Shown piece by piece: positions 58,532 to 64,000 of a stretch of DNA of 64,000 nucleotides. Origin of the DNA: Acetobacterium sp. (lineage in GTDB: Bacteria > Bacillota > Clostridia > Eubacteriales > Eubacteriaceae); contig NZ_DATCHP010000025.1 in assembly GCF_036508315.1 (NCBI RefSeq), positions 95,427-159,426 of the forward strand, written 5' to 3'. Each line of letters begins with the position of its first letter. Within the stretch, counting starts at the first letter, position 1. The notes below the pieces were generated by a model that did no database searches, was not told the origin of the DNA, and saw only the letters and a list, made by a program, of their open reading frames with translations. The translations under genes were made by a program, and so were the position numbers.

Positions 58532-59242
58532 TTAAGCATTTTTTAGTGATTTATAGGATCCAAAGTGTTTTTCAACCAGTGCGAACAGCAGTTGAGTGAT
58601 TGAGCATATAATAATATAAATTAAAAAGATATCAATATAGGATTCAATGTAATTATATCCAAAAGCAGCCTGAATTTTTGCAATGGCTGTGATATCCTTA
58701 ACGGTCATCATGAAAACCAGAGAGGTTCCCTTGATCAGGTTGATCGTAAGATTGCAGATATTAGGAAGCGCCACAACCAACGCCTGGGGAATCACAATCC
58801 TTCTGTATGCCTGGACTGTAGACATCCCAATCGCATGTGCCGCTTCCAACTGCCCAACATTAACCGTAAGCAGTGCAGAACGAAAAACTTCCGACAGCCC
58901 GGCACTGGTATTGATTGAAAAAACAATATAGGCATAAATAATTGGGTTAACATCAAATACATTGAAGTCCCATCCCAACCCCTTTACAATCATATTAATA
59001 AGACTTGGAACCAGGCTGTAAATTATCAGGATCTGCAAAATCATCGGTGTTCCTCTGATCAAAGATACATACCCCGAAACAATCTGTTTGATGATGCTAA
59101 CTTTATAAATTTTAGAAATTGCCATAAAAAATGCAACCGGTGTCGCCACCAGCAAAGCGACAATGGTAATCTGCAGGGTTACTGAAATGCCACCCAAGGC
59201 TAGAAAAAACGTATCAATCATATAATTTACATCTAGTTCCAA
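58532..59242 (-). CDS. Amino-acid ABC transporter permease
   Basis: 236 aa, polytopic, with an EAA-like loop [24 protein letters not shown]. Confidence 0.85.
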   Translation of the reverse strand: MELDVNYMIDTFFLALGGISVTLQITIVALLVATPVAFFMAISKIYKVSIIKQIVSGYVSLIRGTPMILQILIIYSLVPSLINMIVKGLGWDFNVFDVNPIIYAYIVFSINTSAGLSEVFRSALLTVNVGQLEAAHAIGMSTVQAYRRIVIPQALVVALPNICNLTINLIKGTSLVFMMTVKDITAIAKIQAAFGYNYIESYIDIFLIYIIICSITQLLFALVEKHFGSYKSLKNA

Positions 59243-59253
59243 TGTTCCACTCC

Positions 59254-59958
59254 TTATGCCATTACCCTTGCCTTGCCTTTTGACAAATGCTTTTCCAATA
59301 AATTAAATGATTTTTCGATGACAATTATCATACTCCAATAAATAACTGCCAAAGCAATATAGGTTTCTAACGCATAGGAACCATAATTTCTTGAAACGAT
59401 CAGAGCTCCCTCACCCATCATATCGATGAGTCCTATGGTGAAGGCCAGAGAGCCATCCTTCATCAGATTTATGAGCGCGTTACAAAAATTCGGTAACCCG
59501 ACAACCACCGCTTGGGGAAGGATTATTCGGTAAAATGCCTGGAACTCGCTCAACCCTATACTGATTGCCGCTTCTCGCTGCCCCTTATCAATGGATTCAT
59601 AAGCCGACCTCATAACTTCTGCCACGCTTGCTGCAAACAGAAGGGTAAAAGTGACAAGCACAAAAACGCCCTTGTAGATGGCGTTAATATTCACGCCCAT
59701 TGTAACCTTCAGTAATTCCGGAAGGCCATAAAACACTATAAACAAAAGCACGATGGGTGGTGTACAGCGCAGCGTTGCAATATAAAGATCTGCCAACAGT
59801 TTCGGAATTCGGCAACCTTTTATTTTGGCTCTCGCCAGGATAAAACCCAGCATAGAGCCAAAGAACATGGAGCCAACAATCATAAATAAGGTTACCGGCA
59901 GATAAGCAAGCAAATCAGGAATAACATTCACAATAAACCAAGGATCAAAAGGTCTCAT
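59254..59958 (-). CDS. Amino-acid ABC transporter permease
   Basis: 234 aa with the EAA-like loop REAAISIGLSEFQAFYRIILPQAV. Confidence 0.85.
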   Translation of the reverse strand: MRPFDPWFIVNVIPDLLAYLPVTLFMIVGSMFFGSMLGFILARAKIKGCRIPKLLADLYIATLRCTPPIVLLFIVFYGLPELLKVTMGVNINAIYKGVFVLVTFTLLFAASVAEVMRSAYESIDKGQREAAISIGLSEFQAFYRIILPQAVVVGLPNFCNALINLMKDGSLAFTIGLIDMMGEGALIVSRNYGSYALETYIALAVIYWSMIIVIEKSFNLLEKHLSKGKARVMA

Positions 59959-59986
59959 ACTGTCTGCCTCCTTTTCTGCCCATTAA

Positions 59987-60850
59987 CTATTTCTGAATGT
60001 ATTGGAAAATATCCTCGCCAAAGTATTCCTGAGACAGCTCCTTGATTTTTCCGCTTTCTCTCAACTGGACAATGGCACCATCATAGGCATCAGCCAATGC
60101 CTGATCGTTCTTGCCGAACAGCGGATACGTTGGAATTGCTTCATAAGGTACATAGGAGAGTTGATCAGCTAATGCATGATATGCGCCATCTTCTGCTTTT
60201 ACGCTCTTTTCAAAGGAAGGTTTAATATCAAAATAGGCATCGTATCTGCCTTCCAGTACCCATGTATAGGCATCTGAAATCGTAAAGGCCTCAGAAGCAA
60301 CCAAATTTATGGTTTTATCCGGATGATCGGCATTATATTTCTCAACAATGGCCCACTGTGCATTTTGAGGTGCAATCGGAACCAGCTTACCGCTGAACTT
60401 AGCAAAGGAATCCATATCTTTAATCTGGTCGGCATTTTCAGTCCTGAAAGTCAGGCCGATGATACTTGCTGCAATATAGTTCTTTGGAAAAATATATTTC
60501 TTCGCCCGTTCTTCCGTAAACCACGCGCCTTTAACCCCTACATTATATTTCCCTGAATCAATACCGATTAACAGGTCGTCATCGGATGTGGGGACAAATT
60601 CAAACTCATACTGGGGAAGCAATTCATCCACTGCCTTCAGCACCTGAACCTCAAATCCGTCAGATTCGCCCTTTTCATTAACAAAATCGTAGGGCTTATA
60701 TGTTTGTGTATGGGCAACGGTTACCTTGGTTACTTCGCTTCCAGCGGCGGCAGATGTATTTGGAGCAGACTTGGCTGCAGAGCAGCCGATTACCGTAGCT
60801 GCAATAGCCAAAACAGAGACAAACGCAATCAGTTTTTTAGTGTTATTCAT
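59987..60850 (-). CDS. Amino-acid ABC transporter substrate-binding lipoprotein (family 3)
   Basis: 287 aa with a lipobox (AATVIGCS), then a periplasmic-binding-protein-like sequence. Confidence 0.8.
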   Translation of the reverse strand: MNNTKKLIAFVSVLAIAATVIGCSAAKSAPNTSAAAGSEVTKVTVAHTQTYKPYDFVNEKGESDGFEVQVLKAVDELLPQYEFEFVPTSDDDLLIGIDSGKYNVGVKGAWFTEERAKKYIFPKNYIAASIIGLTFRTENADQIKDMDSFAKFSGKLVPIAPQNAQWAIVEKYNADHPDKTINLVASEAFTISDAYTWVLEGRYDAYFDIKPSFEKSVKAEDGAYHALADQLSYVPYEAIPTYPLFGKNDQALADAYDGAIVQLRESGKIKELSQEYFGEDIFQYIQK

Positions 60851-60933
60851 AATGTTCTCCTTGTGATTTTTGTTTAATTTTTTGAAATCTTGCCTTAATC
60901 CAGGCCTTTGATCTTGGTTAAGCAGCTGTTTTA

Positions 60934-61926
60934 TTACAGCCTTGCCGCAGTGTTTCGAGCCCAGTCCAGACGTTCCGGTTTAATATCGCCTGGCACAGTA
61001 CAATCAGCTCCAAGGATAATTCCGGTTTTGCCTGCTTGATTTAGCAGTTGTTCTGTGAAATCCTCAATCTCTGCTTTACTTCCGCTGTAGAGCAGGCCGG
61101 TTGCCCTGTTGTCAAATCCGCCAATAACCGCCTTGCCTCCGAAAAGCTCTTTACCTTCTTTCAAGCTGATATTTTCAATGGTTACCGCCCAGTTGATTAC
61201 CTTGGCATCATAGTCAACATACAGACTGATATCGTTTCGACTTCCTTCGTATCCACAGATATGGAGGATGTTATTTTCACTTACCTCGTTGGCGACCGCC
61301 AGCACATTCAGCTCACCTGGAGCAACCACTTCTTTGTAAATCTCTGGTGTAATACGCAGGTCCTGAACGTTTTGGACACTTAGATAAATGCCATCTGCTT
61401 TTCCTTCGGTTATGACTTTTCTCGAAAGTGTTGCCAAATCCTCCGCAATCACATTTAAGGCATGGGTGACTGCTTCTTTGTCCTCGACTATAAAGTCCGC
61501 CAGAATCTTATTGCCTTCATCTCCAAACAGTAGTTTAAAAAATGTAGCCGGTGCAAAAATGTTATAAAATGTGAGCACCTCAGAACCAAAAGCATCCGTT
61601 AATTCTTTTACCAGTTTGACCTGCTCAATGATCCATGGATGGTCCGGCCCAATGGGTTTGAGCTGTTTTAACTCCGCTGCGCTTTTGGCATGGATTAAAA
61701 TCGGGTTGGGATACTCAAAGAATCCATCGCTCATGAGTTTTACGAAATCCGGATTAAAATCCTTGAAAAACTTTTTATGGCCAGCTATATTCTTCTGAAT
61801 GATAGCTGGATCTTCCAGGCCCTTGGTAAATTCATGTTCCTGTGCAAAGTGAAACCAGAATCCAAAAGGAATTCTTTCTACCGGTTTATTATGAAACGCA
61901 TCTAATACAAGTTGTTTTTTTGGCAA
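60934..61926 (-). CDS. URO-D/MtaA-family zinc methyltransferase-like protein
   Basis: 330 aa with a TTG start after GAGGAGacagcaaa. It has N-terminal VERIPFGFW, and LHICGY (HxC) plus GADCTVPGD about 80 aa later, matching the MtaA Zn-ligand pattern. Confidence 0.7.
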   Translation of the reverse strand: MPKKQLVLDAFHNKPVERIPFGFWFHFAQEHEFTKGLEDPAIIQKNIAGHKKFFKDFNPDFVKLMSDGFFEYPNPILIHAKSAAELKQLKPIGPDHPWIIEQVKLVKELTDAFGSEVLTFYNIFAPATFFKLLFGDEGNKILADFIVEDKEAVTHALNVIAEDLATLSRKVITEGKADGIYLSVQNVQDLRITPEIYKEVVAPGELNVLAVANEVSENNILHICGYEGSRNDISLYVDYDAKVINWAVTIENISLKEGKELFGGKAVIGGFDNRATGLLYSGSKAEIEDFTEQLLNQAGKTGIILGADCTVPGDIKPERLDWARNTAARL

Positions 61927-62026
61927 TTTGCTGTCTCCTCATTTATATTTTGAAATTTGCATATTTTAAACAGTCGCCTCTGACCTCAGTAATGAAGTTT
62001 CTTAGCTTTTATTCCAACTTCCAATC

Positions 62027-62110
62027 GCTAGCCTATTAATCTGTTACACACACACTTACCGCAACAACTTTGAATATTTTGGCAATAACAATTTGTACTG
62101 TTCGATTTCA
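62027..62110 (-). CDS. 27-aa Cys-rich micro-ORF heading the URO-D/ABC operon
   Basis: Hand translation: MKSNSTNCYCQNIQSCCGKCVCNRLIG (7 Cys). RBS GGAGGGGattttc-ATG. It lies about 100 nt upstream of the URO-D gene on the same strand. Confidence 0.4.
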
Positions 62111-62560
62111 TGAAAATCCCCTCCTTTTCAATACATATAATTCATATGGGATTGATATATTATTGATACTTTAACATCTAAAAATACATTTGTCAATTGC
62201 TTTTTCTTAAACCTTTCTGAAAATGTTCTCATTGATTTTCAGAGGCAATCGATTGACAATAATTATTGCTTTTGTTATAATTACATAAACATATATGTTT
62301 AGTATGAATTAATTTTGTTGATAAAACAACAATGGGCCAATTTTGGAATATCGACTGAAAAGTCCGGATTTGGCAGTAATCAGTGCTAAACGCTATTCTC
62401 TAAAAAAGATTCGTTGATACTAAGGGCTTTAAATAGTACAATGTAATAGCTGGAAAAGAGCTGTTGCGCATATAATGGATTTTTACTTTATTTGCAGCAA
62501 CTCCAAATAAAAAACTAGGACAAACATCAAATCAAAATTTGATGTTTTCAAATAAGGAGA

Positions 62561-63706
62561 ATGAATATGGATTTTGACACCCTTTGCATACATGGAAGTA
62601 AGGAAAAATATGATACCACCGGGGCAGTGAGTGTTCCGATTTTTCAATCGGCTACCTTTGCCCATCCCGGGGTTGGTGAAAGCACAGGCTTTGATTATTC
62701 CAGACAACAGAATCCCACCCGGGAACATCTGGAAAAAACCATCGCTAAACTGGAAGGTGGCCTTGATGCCATAGCCTTTTCAACCGGTATGGCAGCCATT
62801 GGCACCGTCATGGAACTTTTCAGACCCGGGGATCATTTCATTGCTTCTGATGATCTTTATGGCGGTTCATATCGGCTATTTCATGAAATTTCGATGAAAA
62901 ACGGGCTTACCTTTGATTTTGTGAATACCTCGGATCTCTCTTTAATTGAGTCCTGTATTCAACCAAATACAAAAGCTGTCTTTATTGAAACTCCTACCAA
63001 TCCCATGATGCAGGTGACCGATATAGAAGCAGTAGCTAGACTAACGAAAAAGAATAATTTAGTCCTTATTGTTGATAACACCTTCTTGACCCCCTACTTC
63101 CAACAGCCCATTAAACTAGGAGCCGATATTGTTATTCATAGCGGTACCAAGTATTTGGGAGGTCATAATGATACGCTGGCGGGGTTTGCCGTTGTCAATG
63201 ACCAGGAAACCTCAGACCGCTTACGGTTTATTTATAAAACGACAGGTGCCTGTCTCTCGCCTTTTGACAGCTGGCTTTTGATTCGTGGCATTAAAACACT
63301 TGCAATTCGAATGGATAAGCAACAGGAAAATGCAGAAAAGATAGCAAATTGGATGAATACTCAAAAGAAAATAAAAGCTGTACATTATGTTGGGCTTTCT
63401 TCTCATCCCGATTATGCGATTTCCAAACGCCAGGGAAGCGGTTTCGGCGCAATGATTTCCTTTGAGGTTGATAGTGAGAAAACGGCTAAAGAGATTTTAG
63501 AACGTGTTACCTTGATACAGTATGCTGAAAGTTTAGGCGGCGTTGAAACCCTTATCACCTACCCCATGCTGCAAACCCATGGTGATATTCCAAAAGAAGA
63601 CCTGGATGCCAAAGGAATCAATGAATGTTTGCTGCGTCTGTCCGTTGGAATAGAAAGTGCCCAGGATTTAATCAATGAATTATCCAGGGTGCTAGAGGGA
63701 GAATAA
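62561..63706 (+). CDS. PLP-dependent Cys/Met-metabolism enzyme (cystathionine gamma-synthase/beta-lyase family)
   Basis: 381 aa with FQSATF, DNTFLTPY and HSGTKYLGGHND (the PLP Lys). Confidence 0.85.
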   Translation: MNMDFDTLCIHGSKEKYDTTGAVSVPIFQSATFAHPGVGESTGFDYSRQQNPTREHLEKTIAKLEGGLDAIAFSTGMAAIGTVMELFRPGDHFIASDDLYGGSYRLFHEISMKNGLTFDFVNTSDLSLIESCIQPNTKAVFIETPTNPMMQVTDIEAVARLTKKNNLVLIVDNTFLTPYFQQPIKLGADIVIHSGTKYLGGHNDTLAGFAVVNDQETSDRLRFIYKTTGACLSPFDSWLLIRGIKTLAIRMDKQQENAEKIANWMNTQKKIKAVHYVGLSSHPDYAISKRQGSGFGAMISFEVDSEKTAKEILERVTLIQYAESLGGVETLITYPMLQTHGDIPKEDLDAKGINECLLRLSVGIESAQDLINELSRVLEGE

Positions 63707-63709
63707 ACT

Positions 63710-64000
63710 TTGAAACATAATTTTAACGAAATAATTCAGCGGGATAATACAAATTCCCTGAAATACGATTTTGCACATCAATGTGGCAAGCCTGAAGGGC
63801 TTTTGCCCTTATGGGTTGCGGACATGGACTTTAGAACCCCTTCCCCTGTGGTGGATGCCCTTGTGGAAAAAAGCAGACATGGCATTTTTGGTTACTCTGA
63901 ATCCGCAGACGACTATTTTCTTATTTTGAAAGACTGGTTTAACACCTATTTTGACTGGAACATAAATCGCGATTGGCTAGTGAAAACCCCGGGGATTGTT
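63710..64000 (+). CDS. Partial MalY/PatB-type class I/II aminotransferase (C-S lyase); the 3' end is off the window
   Basis: TTG start at 63710 after GAGGGAGA. LKHNFNEIIQRDNTNSLKYDF...LPLWVADMDFRTP is a typical PatB/MalY N-terminus. Confidence 0.7.
   Translation, partial: MKHNFNEIIQRDNTNSLKYDFAHQCGKPEGLLPLWVADMDFRTPSPVVDALVEKSRHGIFGYSESADDYFLILKDWFNTYFDWNINRDWLVKTPGIV

Noticed and set aside
62280-62560. S-box (SAM-I) riboswitch or Met T-box upstream of the cystathionine-family gene
   Set aside because: The key conserved segments (GAGGGA, GCAACC, T-box GGGTGGTACC) are absent and only short fragments match. It is kept as an open question in the findings rather than called as a feature.
62483-62728. 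81-aa minus-strand ORF
   Set aside because: It is antisense to the 5' end and leader of the well-supported PLP-enzyme gene. It has no RBS and implausible composition.

Overview
This is a 64-kb chromosomal window from a low-GC, anaerobe-like Firmicute. The Clostridia or acetogen-like assignment is an inference from gene content only. Coding density is high, and nearly all genes up to 37.8 kb are on the minus strand.

Contents in order:
1. A candidate Moco-riboswitch-controlled operon (3610-1): a molybdopterin-binding protein plus a partial flavo-FeS/CCG oxidoreductase.
2. Moco maturation genes fdhD, mobA, mobB and moeA.
3. A stand-alone adk, a Cys-rich protein, and a His-rich CPH-type (CopB-like) copper ATPase with a consensus promoter.
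4. A same-strand block (11.9-27.8 kb) holding a complete menaquinone pathway: menF-D-H-B-E-C, a thioesterase, menA, menG and a polyprenyl synthase. It is interleaved with fixABCX-type ETF genes and a CcoG/NapH-like polyferredoxin plus a FixH/YtkA-like protein.
5. About 10 kb (27.8-37.8 kb) of decayed copper/metal-homeostasis genes. I can see several nonsense, frameshift and deletion scars and duplicated promoter fragments. Intact genes are mixed in: tlpA-ccdA, an HD-GYP protein, copZ, small CC-motif proteins and SHOCT proteins.
6. gltBD plus a class-I amidotransferase.
7. A c-di-GMP-rich region. It includes a four-gene, translationally coupled operon: corrinoid protein, URO-D/MtaA-like protein, DUF1638, PAS/GAF diguanylate cyclase. 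This is my best candidate for an undescribed system.
8. An MFS exporter, an FMN reductase, a HEAT-repeat protein, and a palindrome-controlled micro-ORF/DUF2325 pair.
9. An operon with a Cys-rich micro-ORF, a Zn-motif URO-D methyltransferase and an amino-acid ABC transporter, divergent from cystathionine-lyase-type genes.

I recognised no rRNA, functional tRNA, CRISPR array, transposase, integrase or phage gene. All protein calls rest on motif recognition in the supplied or hand translations. No database search was possible.
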